A DNA stretch of 64,000 nt from the human T2T-CHM13v2.0 reference genome, Homo sapiens: NCBI RefSeq assembly GCF_009914755.1, contig NC_060928.1. The stretch is one strand, 5' to 3'. The notes below the pieces were generated by a model. It was not told the DNA's origin, ran no database searches, and was given only the letters and a program-made list of their open reading frames with translations. The translations under genes and the position numbers were made by a program. Shown here in pieces: positions 28,801-43,800 of the stretch; position 1 is the first letter of the stretch, and the number at the start of each line of letters is the position of its first letter.

Positions 28801-31800
28801 TCTATCAAAGACGGAGTTCAACCCTTTGACTTCAATGAACACAACACAGAGCAGTTTCTGAGAATGCTTCTGTGTAGTTTTTATCCGAAGATATTTCCTT
28901 TTCCACCATAGGCCTCAAATCGCTCCAAATATCCACTTGTAGATCGTAAGAAAACACTGTTTCAAAACTGCTTTCTCAAAAGGAAGGTTCAACTCTTTGA
29001 GTTCAATGCGCACATCACAAGGAACTGTCTGAGCAAACTTCCGTCTAGTTTTTATGTGACGATATTACCATTTCCACCGCAGGTTTCGAAGCGCTCCAAA
29101 AGAACACTTGCAGATACTGCAACAAGAATGTTTCACAACTGCTCTATCAAAGAAAGCGTTCACCTCTGTGAGTTGAATGCACACATCCCAAAGCAGTTTC
29201 TGAGAATGCTTCTGTGTAGCTTCCATGTGAAGGTATCTCCTTTTCCACCATAGGCCTCGTATCGCTCCAAATATCCACTTGGGTGATAGTGCAAAAACAC
29301 TGCTTCAGAACTGCTCTCCCAAAGGAAGGTTCAACTCTGTGAGTTGAATGCAGACATCACAAAAAAGTTTCTGAGAATGCTTCCGTCCAGTTTGTATGTG
29401 CAGATACCCCGTTTACAACGAATTCCTCAAGAGCTCCAAATATCCTCAAGCAGATTCTACAAAAGCAGTATTTCAAGACTGCTCTATCAAAAGGAAGGGT
29501 GAACTCTGTGAGTTGAATCCACACATCCCAAAAAAGTTTCTGAGAATAGTTGTGTCTAGTTTGTATGTGCGGACATCCCGTTTACAGCGAATTCCTCAAA
29601 GAGCTCCAAATGTCCTCAGGCAGATTCTGCAAAAGCAGTGCTGCAAAACTGCTCTATCGAAAGAAAGGTTGAACTCTGTGAGTTGAGTTCACACATCACA
29701 AAAATGTCTCTGACCATGTTCCTGTCTACCTTGTATGTGCAGATATCCCGTTTACAACGAATTCCTCAAAGACCTACAAATATCCTCAAGCTGATTCTAG
29801 AAAAGGATGGTTTCAAAACTGATCTATCCAAAAAGACGTTCAACTCTGTGACTTGAATGCACACAACACAAAATTTTCTGAGAATGCTTCTGTCTAGATT
29901 GTATGTGGAGATATCTCGTTTGCCACGAATTCCTCCAAGAGCTCCAAATATCCTCAAGCAGATTCTACCCAAGCAGGGTTTCAGGAATGCTCTATCAAAA
30001 GGAAGGTTGAATTCTGTGAGTTGAATCCACACATCACGAAAAAGTTTCTGGGAATGCTTCTGTCTAATTTGTATGTGCAGATATCCCGATTGCAACGAAT
30101 TCCTCAAAGAGCTCCAAATATCCTGAAGCAGATTCTTCAAAAGCAGTATTTCAAGACTGCTCTATCAAAAGGAAGGTTGAACTGTGTGAGTTGAATCCAC
30201 ACATCCCAAAAAAAGTTTCTGAGAATGCTTCTGTCAATTTTGTGCAGATATCCCGTTGGCAACGAATTCCTGAAAGAGCTCCAAATATCCTCAAGCAGAT
30301 TCTGCAAAAGCAGGATTTCAAGACAGCTCTATCAAAAGGAAAGTTGAACTCTGTGAGTTGAGTTCACACATCCCTAAATGTTTCTGAGAATGCTTCTGTC
30401 TAGTTTATATGTGAAGATATTTCACTTTCCACCATGAGCCTCTAAGCGCTCCAAATGAACACTTGCAGAGTATGCAGAAAGAATGTTTCCAATCTTCTCT
30501 ATCAAAGGAAAGATTCAACTCTGTGAGTTGAATGGACATATCACAAAGAACTGTCTGAGAATACTTCTGTCTAGCTTTTATGTGAAGATATTTCCTTTTC
30601 CACCGTAGGCTTCAAAGCGCTCCAAATGAACACTTGCAGATTCTACAAAAAGAATGCTTCTAAACTGCTGTATCAAGGAAAGCGTTCAACTCTGTGAGTT
30701 GAATGCACACATCCCAAAGCAGTTTCTGAGAATGCTTCTGTTTAGTTTTTATGTGAAGATATTTTGCTTTCCACCATAAGCCTTCAAAGTGCTCCAAAGG
30801 AACACTTGCAGATTATGCACAGAGAATGCCTCAAATCTGCTCTGTCAAAAGAAAGGTTGGACTCTGTGAGTTCAATGGACAAATCACAAAGCAGTTTCTG
30901 AGAATGCTTCTGTCCGGTTTTTCTGTGAAGATATTTCCTTTTGCACCCTAGGCTTCAAAGCGCTCCAAATGAACACTTGCAGATTCTACAAAAAGAATGT
31001 TTCAAAACTGCTCTATCAAAGACGGAGTTCAACCCTTTGACTTCAATGAACACAACACAGAGCAGTTTCTGAGAATGCTTCTGTGTAGTTTTTATCCGAA
31101 GATATTTCCTTTTCCACCATAGGCCTCAAATCGCTCCAAATATCCACTTGTAGATCGTAAGAAAACACTGTTTCAAAACTGCTTTCTTAAAAGGAAGGTT
31201 CAACTCTTTGAGTTCAATGCGCACATCACAAGGAACTGTCTGAGCAAACTTCCGTCTAGTTTTTATGTGACGATATTACCATTTCCACCGCAGGTTTCGA
31301 AGCGCTCCAAAAGAACACTTGCAGATACTGCAACAAGAATGTTTCACAACTGCTCTATCAAAGAAAGCGTTCACCTCTGTGAGTTGAATGCACACATCCC
31401 AAAGCAGTTTCTGAGAATGCTTCTGTGTAGCTTCCATGTGAAGGTATCTCCTTTTCCACCATAGGCCTCGTATCGCTCCAAATATCCACTTGGGTGATAG
31501 TGCAAAAACACTGCTTCAGAACTGCTCTCCCAAAGGAAGGTTCAACTCTGTGAGTTGAATGCAGACATCACAAAAAAGTTTCTGAGAATGCTTCCGTCCA
31601 GTTTGTATGTGCAGATACCCCGTTTACAACGAATTCCTCAAGAGCTCCAAATATCCTCAAGCAGATTCTACAAAAGCAGTATTTCAAGACTGCTCTATCA
31701 AAAGGAAGGGTGAACTCTGTGAGTTGAATCCACACATCCCAAAAAAGTTTCTGAGAATAGTTGTGTCTAGTTTGTATGTGCGGACATCCCGTTTACAGCG

Positions 31801-34800
31801 AATTCCTCAAAGAGCTCCAAATGTCCTCAGGCAGATTCTGCAAAAGCAGTGCTGCAAAACTGCTCTATCGAAAGAAAGGTTGAACTCTGTGAGTTGAGTT
31901 CACACATCACAAAAAAGTCTCTGACCATGTTCCTGTCTACCTTGTATGTGCAGATATCCCGTTTACAACGAATTCCTCAAAGACCTACAAATATCCTCAA
32001 GCTGATTCTAGAAAAGGATGGTTTCAAAACTGATCTATCCAAAAAGACGTTCAACTCTGTGACTTGAATGCACACAACACAAAATTTTCTGAGAATGCTT
32101 CTGTCTAGATTGTATGTGGAGATATCTCGTTTGCCACGAATTCCTCCAAGAGCTCCAAATATCCTCAAGCAGATTCTACCCAAGCAGGGTTTCAGGAATG
32201 CTCTATCAAAAGGAAGGTTGAGTTCTGTGAGTTGAATCCACACATCACGAAAAAGTTTCTGGGAATGCTTCTGTCTAATTTGTATGTGCAGATATCCCGA
32301 TTGCAACGAATTCCTCAAAGAGCTCCAAATATCCTGAAGCAGATTCTTCAAAAGCAGTATTTCAAGACTGCTCTATCAAAAGGAAGGTTGAACTGTGTGA
32401 GTTGAATCCACACATCCCAAAAAAAGTTTCTGAGAATGCTTCTGTCAATTTTGTGCAGATATCCCGTTGGCAACGAATTCCTGAAAGAGCTCCAAATATC
32501 CTCAAGCAGATTCTGCAAAAGCAGGATTTCAAGACAGCTCTATCAAAAGGAAAGTTGAACTCTGTGAGTTGAGTTCACACATCCCTAAATGTTTCTGAGA
32601 ATGCTTCTGTCTAGTTTATATGTGAAGATATTTCACTTTCCACCATGAGCCTCTAAGCGCTCCAAATGAACACTTGCAGAGTATGCAGAAAGAATGTTTC
32701 CAATCTTCTCTATCAAAGGAAAGATTCAACTCTGTGAGTTGAATGGACATATCACAAAGAACTGTCTGAGAATACTTCTGTCTAGCTTTTATGTGAAGAT
32801 ATTTCCTTTTCCACCGTAGGCTTCAAAGCGCTCCAAATGAACACTTGCAGATTCTACAAAAAGAATGCTTCTAAACTGCTGTATCAAGGAAAGCGTTCAA
32901 CTCTGTGAGTTGAATGCACACATCCCAAAGCAGTTTCTGAGAATGCTTCTGTTTAGTTTTTATGTGAAGATATTTTGCTTTCCACCATAAGCCTTCAAAG
33001 CGCTCCAAAGGAACACTTGCAGATTATGCACAGAGAATGCCTCAAATCTGCTCTATCAAAAGAAAGGTTGGACTCTGTGAGTTCAATGGACACATCACAA
33101 AGCAGTTTCTGAGAATGCTTCTGTCCGGTTTCTCTGTGAAGATATTTCCTTTTGCACCCTAGGCTTCAAAGCGCTCCAAATGAACACTTGCAGATTCTAC
33201 AAAAAGAATGTTTCAAAACTGCTCTATCAAAGACGGAGTTCAACCCTTTGACTTCAATGAACACAACACAGAGCAGTTTCTGAGAATGCTTCTGTGTAGT
33301 TTTTATCCGAAGATATTTCCTTTTCCACCATAGGCCTCAAATCGCTCCAAATATCCACTTGTAGATCGTAAGAAAACACTGTTTCAAAACTGCTTTCTCA
33401 AAAGGAAGGTTCAACTCTTTGAGTTCAATGCGCACATCACAAGGAACTGTCTGAGCAAACTTCCGTCTAGTTTTTATGTGACGATATTACCATTTCCACC
33501 GCAGGTTTCGAAGCGCTCCAAAAGAACACTTGCAGATACTGCAACAAGAATGTTTCACAACTGCTCTATCAAAGAAAGCGTTCACCTCTGTGAGTTGAAT
33601 GCACACATCCAAAAGCAGTTTCTGAGAATGCTTCTGTGTAGCTTCCATGTGAAGGTATCTCCTTTTCCACCATAGGCCTCGTATCGCTCCAAATATCCAC
33701 TTGGGTGATAGTGCAAAAACACTGCTTCAGAGCTGCTCTCTCAAAGGAAGGTTCAACTCTGTGAGTTGAATGCAGACATCACAAAAAAGTTTCTGAGAAT
33801 GCTTCCGTCCAGTTTGTATGTGCAGATACCCCGTTTACAACGAATTCCTCAAGAGCTCCAAATATCCTCAAGCAGATTCTACAAAAGCAGTATTTCAAGA
33901 CTGCTCTATCAAAAGGAAGGGTGAACTCTGTGAGTTGAATCCACACATCCCAAAAAAGTTTCTGAGAATAGTTGTGTCTAGTTTGTATGTGCGGACATCC
34001 CGTTTACAGCGAATTCCTCAAAGAGCTCCAAATGTCCTCAGGCAGATTCTGCAAAAGCAGTGCTGCAAAACTGCTCTATCAAAAGAAAGGTTGAACTCTG
34101 TGAGTTGAGTTCACACATCACAAAAATGTCTCTGACCATGTTCCTGTCTACCTTGTATGTGCAGATATCCCGTTTACAACGAATTCCTCAAAGACCTACA
34201 AATATCCTCAAGCTGATTCTAGAAAAGGATGGTTTCAAAACTGATCTATCCAAAAAGACGTTCAACTCTGTGACTTGAATGCACACAACACAAAATTTTC
34301 TGAGAATGCTTCAGTCTAGATTGTATGTGGAGATATCTCGTTTGCCACGAATTCCTCCAAGAGCTCCAAATATCCTGAAGCAGATTCTACCCAAGCAGGG
34401 TTTCAGGAATGCTCTATCAAAAGGAAGGTTGAATTCTGTGAGTTGAATCCACACATCACGAAAAAGTTTCTGGGAATGCTTCTGTCTAATTTGTATGTGC
34501 AGATATCCCGATTGCAACGAATTCCTCAAAGAGCTCCAAATATCCTGAAGCAGATTCTTCAAAAGCAGTATTTCAAGACTGCTCTATCAAAAGGAAGGTT
34601 GAACTGTGTGAGTTGAATCCACACATCCCAAAAAAAGTTTCTGAGAATGCTTCTGTCAATTTTGTGCAGATATCCCGTTGGCAACGAATTCCTGAAAGAG
34701 CTCCAAATATCCTCAAGCAGATTCTGCAAAAGCAGGATTTCAAGACAGCTCTATCAAAAGGAAAGTTGAACTCTGTGAGTTGAGTTCACACATCCCTAAA

Positions 34801-37800
34801 TGTTTCTGAGAATGCTTCTGTCTAGTTTATATGTGAAGATATTTCACTTTCCACCATGAGCCTCTAAGCGCTCCAAATGAACACTTGCAGAGTATGCAGA
34901 AAGAATGTTTCCAATCTTCTCTATCAAAGGAAAGATTCAACTCTGTGAGTTGAATGGACATATCACAAAGAACTGTCTGAGAATACTTCTGTCTAGCTTT
35001 TATGTGAAGATATTTCCTTTTCCACCGTAGGCTTCAAAGCGCTCCAAATGAACACTTGCAGATTCTACAAAAAGAATGCTTCTAAACTGCTGTATCAAGG
35101 AAAGCGTTCAACTCTGTGAGTTGAATGCACACATCCCAAAGCAGTTTCTGAGAATGCTTCTGTTTAGTTTTTATGTGAAGATATTTTGCTTTCCACCATA
35201 AGCCTTCAAAGTGCTCCAAAGGAACACTTGCAGATTATGCACAGAGAATGCCTCAAATCTGCTCTATCAAAAGAAAGGTTGGACTCTGTGAGTTCAATGG
35301 ACAAATCACAAAGCAGTTTCTGAGAATGCTTCTGTCCGGTTTTTCTGTGAAGATATTTCCTTTTGCACCCTAGGCTTCAAAGCGCTCCAAATGAACACTT
35401 GCAGATTCTACAAAAAGAATGTTTCAAAACTGCTCTATCAAAGACGGAGTTCAACCCTTTGACTTCAATGAACACAACACAGAGCAGTTTCTGAGAATGC
35501 TTCTGTGTAGTTTTTATCCGAAGATATTTCCTTTTCCACCATAGGCCTCAAATCGCTCCAAATATCCACTTGTAGATCGTAAGAAAACACTGTTTCAAAA
35601 CTGCTTTCTTAAAAGGAAGGTTCAACTCTTTGAGTTCAATGCGCACATCACAAGGAACTGTCTGAGCAAACTTCCGTCTAGTTTTTATGTGACGATATTA
35701 CCATTTCCACCGCAGGTTTCGAAGCGCTCCAAAAGAACACTTGCAGATACTGCAACAAGAATGTTTCACAACTGCTCTATCAAAGAAAGCGTTCACCTCT
35801 GTGAGTTGAATGCACACATCCAAAAGCAGTTTCTGAGAATGCTTCTGTGTAGCTTCCATGTGAAGGTATCTCCTTTTCCACCATAGGCCTCGTATCGCTC
35901 CAAATATCCACTTGGGTGATAGTGCAAAAACACTGCTTCAGAACTGCTCTCCCAAAGGAAGGTTCAACTCTGTGAGTTGAATGCAGACATCACAAAAAAG
36001 TTTCTGAGAATGCTTCCGTCCAGTTTGTATGTGCAGATACCCCGTTTACAACGAATTCCTCAAGAGCTCCAAATATCCTCAAGCAGATTCTACAAAAGCA
36101 GTATTTCAAGACTGCTCTATCAAAAGGAAGGGTGAACTCTGTGAGTTGAATCCACACATCCCAAAAAAGTTTCTGAGAATAGTTGTGTCTAGTTTGTATG
36201 TGCGGACATCCCGTTTACAGCGAATTCCTCAAAGAGCTCCAAATGTCCTCAGGCAGATTCTGCAAAAGCAGTGCTGCAAAACTGCTCTATCGAAAGAAAG
36301 GTTGAACTCTGTGAGTTGAGTTCACACATCACAAAAAAGTCTCTGACCATGTTCCTGTCTACCTTGTATGTGCAGATATCCCGTTTACAACGAATTCCTC
36401 AAAGACCTACAAATATCCTCAAGCTGATTCTAGAAAAGGATGGTTTCAAAACTGATCTATCCAAAAAGACCTTCAACTCTGTGACTTGAATGCACACAAC
36501 ACAAAATTTTCTGAGAATGCTTCTGTCTAGATTGTATGTGGAGATATCTCGTTTGCCACGAATTCCTCCAAGAGCTCCAAATATCCTCAAGCAGATTCTA
36601 CCCAAGCAGGGTTTCAGGAATGCTCTATCAAAAGGAAGGTTGAGTTCTGTGAGTTGAATCCACACATCACGAAAAAGTTTCTGGGAATGCTTCTGTCTAA
36701 TTTGTATGTGCAGATATCCCGATTGCAACGAATTCCTCAAAGAGCTCCAAATATCCTGAAGCAGATTCTTCAAAAGCAGTATTTCAAGACTGCTCTATCA
36801 AAAGGAAGGTTGAACTGTGTGAGTTGAATCCACACATCCCAAAAAAAGTTTCTGAGAATGCTTCTGTCAATTTTGTGCAGATATCCCGTTGGCAACGAAT
36901 TCCTGAAAGAGCTCCAAATATCCTCAAGCAGATTCTGCAAAAGCAGGATTTCAAGACAGCTCTATCAAAAGGAAAGTTGAACTCTGTGAGTTGAGTTCAC
37001 ACATCCCTAAATGTTTCTGAGAATGCTTCTGTCTAGTTTATATGTGAAGATATTTCACTTTCCACCATGAGCCTCTAAGCGCTCCAAATGAACACTTGCA
37101 GAGTATGCAGAAAGAATGTTTCCAATCTTCTCTATCAAAGGAAAGATTCAACTCTGTGAGTTGAATGGACATATCACAAAGAACTGTCTGAGAATACTTC
37201 TGTCTAGCTTTTATGTGAAGATATTTCCTTTTCCACCGTAGGCTTCAAAGCGCTCCAAATGAACACTTGCAGATTCTACAAAAAGAATGCTTCTAAACTG
37301 CTGTATCAAGGAAAGCGTTCAACTCTGTGAGTTGAATGCACACATCCCAAAGCAGTTTCTGAGAATGCTTCTGTTTAGTTTTTATGTGAAGATATTTTGC
37401 TTTCCACCATAAGCCTTCAAAGCGCTCCAAAGGAACACTTGCAGATTATGCACAGAGAATGCCTCAAATCTGCTCTATCAAAAGAAAGGTTGGACTCTGT
37501 GAGTTCAATGGACACATCACAAAGCAGTTTCTGAGAATGCTTCTGTCCGGTTTTTCTGTGAAGATATTTCCTTTTGCACCCTAGGCTTCAAAGCGCTCCA
37601 AATGAACACTTGCAGATTCTACAAAAAGAATGTTTCAAAACTGCTCTATCAAAGACGGAGTTCAAACCTTTGTCTTCAATGAACACAACACAGAGCAGTT
37701 TCTGAGAATGCTTCTGTGTAGTTTTTATCCGAAGATATTTCCTTTTCCACCATAGGCCTCAAATCGCTCCAAATATCCACTTGTAGATCGTAAGAAAACA

Positions 37801-40800
37801 CTGTTTCAAAACTGCTTTCTCAAAAGGAAGGTTCAACTCTTTGAGTTCAATGCGCACATCACAAGGAACTGTCTGAGCAAACTTCCGTCTAGTTTTTATG
37901 TGACGATATTACCATTTCCACCGCAGGTTTCGAAGCGCTCCAAAAGAACACTTGCAGATACTGCAACAAGAATGTTTCACAACTGCTCTATCAAAGAAAG
38001 CGTTCACCTCTGTGAGTTGAATGCACACATCCAAAAGCAGTTTCTGAGAATGCTTCTGTGTAGCTTCCATGTGAAGGTATCTCCTTTTCCACCATAGGCC
38101 TCGTATCGCTCCAAATATCCACTTGGGTGATAGTGCAAAAACACTGCTTCAGAACTGCTCTCTCAAAGGAAGGTTCAACTCTGTGAGTTGAATGCAGACA
38201 TCACAAAAAAGTTTCTGAGAATGCTTCCGTCCAGTTTGTATGTGCAGATACCCCGTTTACAACGAATTCCTCAAGAGCTCCAAATATCCTCAAGCAGATT
38301 CTACAAAAGCAGTATTTCAAGACTGCTCTATCAAAAGGAAGGGTGAACTCTGTGAGTTGAATCCACACATCCCAAAAAAGTTTCTGAGAATAGTTGTGTC
38401 TAGTTTGTATGTGCGGACATCCCGTTTACAGCGAATTCCTCAAAGAGCTCCAAATGTCCTCAGGCAGATTCTGCAAAAGCAGTGCTGCAAAACTGCTCTA
38501 TCAAAAGAAAGGTTGAACTCTGTGAGTTGAGTTCACACATCACAAAAATGTCTCTGACCATGTTCCTGTCTACCTTGTATGTGCAGATATCCCGTTTACA
38601 ACGAATTCCTCAAAGACCTACAAATATCCTCAAGCTGATTCTAGAAAAGGATGGTTTCAAAACTGATCTATCCAAAAAGACGTTCAACTCTGTGACTTGA
38701 ATGCACACAACACAAAATTTTCTGAGAATGCTTCTGTCTAGATTGTATGTGGAGATATCTCGTTTGCCACGAATTCCTCCAAGAGCTCCAAATATCCTCA
38801 AGCAGATTCTACCCAAGCAGGGTTTCAGGAATGCTCTATCAAAAGGAAGGTTGAATTCTGTGAGTTGAATCCACACATCACGAAAAAGTTTCTGGGAATG
38901 CTTCTGTCTAATTTGTATGTGCAGATATCCCGATTGCAACGAATTCCTCAAAGAGCTCCAAATATCCTGAAGCAGATTCTTCAAAAGCAGTATTTCAAGA
39001 CTGCTCTATCAAAAGGAAGGTTGAACTGTGTGAGTTGAATCCACACATCCCAAAAAAAGTTTCTGAGAATGCTTCTGTCAATTTTGTGCAGATATCCCGT
39101 TGGCAACGAATTCCTGAAAGAGCTCCAAATATCCTCAAGCAGATTCTGCAAAAGCAGGATTTCAAGACAGCTCTATCAAAAGGAAAGTTGAACTCTGTGA
39201 GTTGAGTTCACACATCCCTAAATGTTTCTGAGAATGCTTCTGTCTAGTTTATATGTGAAGATATTTCACTTTCCACCATGAGCCTCTAAGCGCTCCAAAT
39301 GAACACTTGCAGAGTATGCAGAAAGAATGTTTCCAATCTTCTCTATCAAAGGAAAGATTCAACTCTGTGAGTTGAATGGACATATCACAAAGAACTGTCT
39401 GAGAATACTTCTGTCTAGCTTTTATGTGAAGATATTTCCTTTTCCACCGTAGGCTTCAAAGCGCTCCAAATGAACACTTGCAGATTCTACAAAAAGAATG
39501 CTTCTAAACTGCTGTATCAAAGAAAGCGTTCAACTCTGTGAGTTGAATGCACACATCCCAAAGCAGTTTCTGAGAATGCTTCTGTTTAGTTTTTATGTGA
39601 AGATATTTTGCTTTCCACCATAAGCCTTCAAAGCGCTCCAAAGGAACACTTGCAGATTATGCACAGAGAATGCCTCAAATCTGCTCTATCAAAAGAAATG
39701 TTGGACTCTGTGAGTTCAATGGACACATCACAAAGCAGTTTCTGAGAATGCTTCTGTCCGGTTTTTCTGTGAAGATATTTCCTTTTGCACCCTAGGCTTC
39801 AAAGCGCTCCAAATGAACACTTGCAGATTCTACAAAAAGAATGTTTCAAAACTGCTCTATCAAAGACGGAGTTCAACCCTTTGACTTCAATGAACACAAC
39901 CCAGAGCAGTTTCTGAGAATGCTTCTGTGTAGTTTTTATCTGAAGATATTTCCTTTTCCACCATAGGCCTCAAATCGCTCCAAATATCCACTTGTAGATC
40001 GTAAGAAAACACTGTTTCAAAACTGCTTTCTCAAAAGGAAGGTTCAACTCTTTGAGTTCAATGCGCACATCACAAGGAACTGTCTGAGCAAACTTCCGTC
40101 TAGTTTTTATGTGACGATATTACCATTTCCACCGCAGGTTTCGAAGCGCTCCAAAAGAACACTTGCAGATACTGCAACAAGAATGTTTCACAACTGCTCT
40201 ATCAAAGAAAGCGTTCACCTCTGTGAGTTGAATGCACACATCCCAAAGCAGTTTCTGAGAATGCTTCTGTGTAGCTTCCATGTGAAGGTATCTCCTTTTC
40301 CACCATAGGCCTCGTATCGCTCCAAATATCCACTTGGGTGATAGTGCAAAAACACTGTTTCAGATCTGCTCTCCCAAAGGAAGGTTCAACTCTGTGGGTT
40401 GAATGCAGACATCACAAATAAGTTTCTGAGAATGCTTCCGTCCAGTTTGTATGTGCAGATACCCCGTTTACAACGAATTCCTCAAGAGCTCCAAATATCC
40501 TCAAGCAGATTCTACAAAAGCAGTATTTCAAGACTGCTCTATCAAAAGGAAGGGTGAACTCTGTGAGTTGAATCCACACATCCCAAAAAAGTTTCTGAGA
40601 ATAGTTGTGTCTAGTTTGTATGTGCGGACATCCCGTTTACAGCGAATTCCTCAAAGAGCTCCAAATGTCCTCAGGCAGATTCTTCAAAAGCAGTGCTGCA
40701 AAACTGCTCTATCGAAAGAAAGGTTGAACTCTGTGAGTTGAGTTCACACATCACAAAAAAGTCTCTGACCATGTTCCTGTCTACCTTGTATGTGCAGATA

Positions 40801-43800
40801 TCCCGTTTACAACGAATTCCTCAAAGACCTACAAATATCCTCAAGCTCATTCTAGAAAAGGATGGTTTCAAAACTGATCTATCCAAAAAGACGTTCAACT
40901 CTGTGACTTGAATGCACACAACACAAAATTTTCTGAGAATGCTTCTGTCTAGATTGTATGTGGAGATATCTCGTTTGCCACGAATTCCTCCAAGAGCTCC
41001 AAATATCCTCAAGCAGATTCTACCCAAGCAGGGTTTCAGGAATGCTCTATCAAAAGGAAGGTTGAATTCTGTGAGTTGAATCCACACATCACGAAAAAGT
41101 TTCTGGGAATGCTTCTGTCTAATTTGTATGTGCAGATATCCCGATTGCAACGAATTCCTCAAAGAGCTCCAAATATCCTGAAGCAGATTCTTCAAAAGCA
41201 GTATTTCAAGACTGCTCTATCAAAAGGAAGGTTGAACTGTGTGAGTTGAATCCACACATCCCAAAAAAAGTTTCTGAGAATGCTTCTGTCAATTTTGTGC
41301 GGATATCCCGTTGGCAACGAATTCCTGAAAGAGCTCCAAATATCCTCAAGCAGATTCTGCAAAAGCAGGATTTCAAGACAGCTCTATCAAAAGGAAAGTT
41401 GAACTCTGTGAGCTGAGTTCACACATCCCTAAATGTTTCTGAGAATGCTTCTGTCTAGTTTATATGTGAAGATATTTCACTTTCCACCATGAGCCTCTAA
41501 GCGCTCCAAATGAACACTTGCAGAGTATGCAGAAAGAATGTTTCCAATCTTCTCTATCAAAGGAAAGATTCAACTCTGTGAGTTGAATGGACATATCACA
41601 AAGAACTGTCTGAGAATACTTCTGTCTAGCTTTTATGTGAAGATATTTCCTTTTCCACCGTAGGCTTCAAAGCGCTCCAAATGAACACTTGCAGATTCTA
41701 CAAAAAGAATGCTTCTAAACTGCTGTATCAAAGAAAGCGTTCAACTCTGTGAGTTGAATGCACACATCCCAAAGCAGTTTCTGAGAATGCTTCTGTTTAG
41801 TTTTTATGTGAAGATATTTTGCTTTCCACCATAAGCCTTCAAAGCGCTCCAAAGGAACACTTGCAGATTATGCACAGAGAATGCCTCAAATCTGCTCTAT
41901 CAAAAGAAAGGTTGGACTCTGTGAGTTCAATGGACACATCACAAAGCAGTTTCTGAGAATGCTTCTGTCCGGTTTTTCTGTGAAGATATTTCCTTTTGCA
42001 CCCTAGGCTTCAAAGCGCTCCAAATGAACACTTGCAGATTCTACAAAAAGAATGTTTCAAAACTGCTCTATCAAAGACGGAGTTCAACCCTTTGACTTCA
42101 ATGAACACAACACAGAGCAGTTTCTGAGAATGCTTCTGTGTAGTTTTTATCCGAAGATATTTCCTTTTCCACCATAGGCCTCAAATCGCTCCAAATATCC
42201 ACTTGTAGATCGTAAGAAAACACTGTTTCAAAACTGCTTTCTCAAAAGGAAGGTTCAACTCTTTGAGTTCAATGCGCACATCACAAGGAACTGTCTGAGC
42301 AAACTTCCGTCTAGTTTTTATGTGACGATATTACCATTTCCACCGCAGGTTTCGAAGCACTCCAAAAGAACACTTGCAGATACTGCAACAAGAATGTTTC
42401 ACAACTGCTCTATCAAAGAAAGCGTTCACCTCTGTGAGTTGAATGCTCACATCCCAAAGCAGTTTCTGAGAATGCTTCTGTGTAGCTTCCATGTGAAGGT
42501 ATCTCCTTTTCCACCATAGGCCTCGTATCGCTCCAAATATCCACTTGGGTGATAGTGCAAAAACACTGTTTCAGATCTGCTCTCCCAAAGGAAGGTTCAG
42601 CTCTGTGGGTTGAATGCAGACATCACAAAAAAGTTTCTGAGAATGCTTCCGTCCAGTTTGTATGTGCAGATACCCCGTTTACAACGAATTCCTCAAGAGC
42701 TCCAAATATCCTCAAGCAGATTCTACAAAAGCAGTATTTCAAGACTGCTCTATCAAAAGGAAGGGTGAACTCTGTGAGTTGAATCCACACATCCCAAAAA
42801 AGTTTCTGAGAATAGTTGTGTCTAGTTTGTATGTGCGGACATCCCGTTTACAGCGAATTCCTCAAAGAGCTCCAAATGTCCTCAGGCAGATTCTGTAAAA
42901 GCAGTGCTGCAAAACTGCTCTATCGAAAGAAAGGTTGAACTCTGTGAGTTGAGTTCACACATCACAAAAAAGTCTCTGACCATGTTCCTGTCTACCTTGT
43001 ATGTGCAGATATCCCGTTTACAATGAATTCCTCAAAGACCTACAAATATCCTCAAGCTGATTCTAGAAAAGGATGGTTTCAAAACTGATCTATCCAAAAA
43101 GACCTTCAACTCTGTGACTTGAATGCACACAACACAAAATTTTCTGAGAATGCTTCTGTCTAGATTGTATGTGGAGATATCTCGTTTGCCACGAATTCCT
43201 CCAAGAGCTCCAAATATCCTCAAGCAGATTCTACCCAAGCAGGGTTTCAGGAATGCTCTATCAAAAGGAAGGTTGAATTCTGTGAGTTGAATCCACACAT
43301 CACGAAAAAGTTTCTGGGAATGCTTCTGTCTAATTTGTATGTGCAGATATCCCGATTGCAACGAATTCCTCAAAGAGCTCCAAATATCCTGAAGCAGATT
43401 CTTCAAAAGCAGTATTTCAAGACTGCTCTATCAAAAGGAAGGTTGAACTGTGTGAGTTGAATCCACACATCCCAAAAAAAGTTTCTGAGAATGCTTCTGT
43501 CAATTTTGTGCAGATATCCCGTTGGCAACGAATTCCTGAAAGAGCTCCAAATATCCTCAAGCAGATTCTGCAAAAGCAGGATTTCAAGACAGCTCTATCA
43601 AAAGGAAAGTTGAACTCTGTGAGTTGAGTTCACACATCCCTAAATGTTTCTGAGAATGCTTCTGTCTAGTTTATATGTGAAGATATTTCACTTTCCACCA
43701 TGAGCCTCTAAGCGCTCCAAATGAACACTTGCAGAGTATGCAGAAAGAATGTTTCCAATCTTCTCTATCAAAGGAAAGATTCAACTCTGTGAGTTGAATG

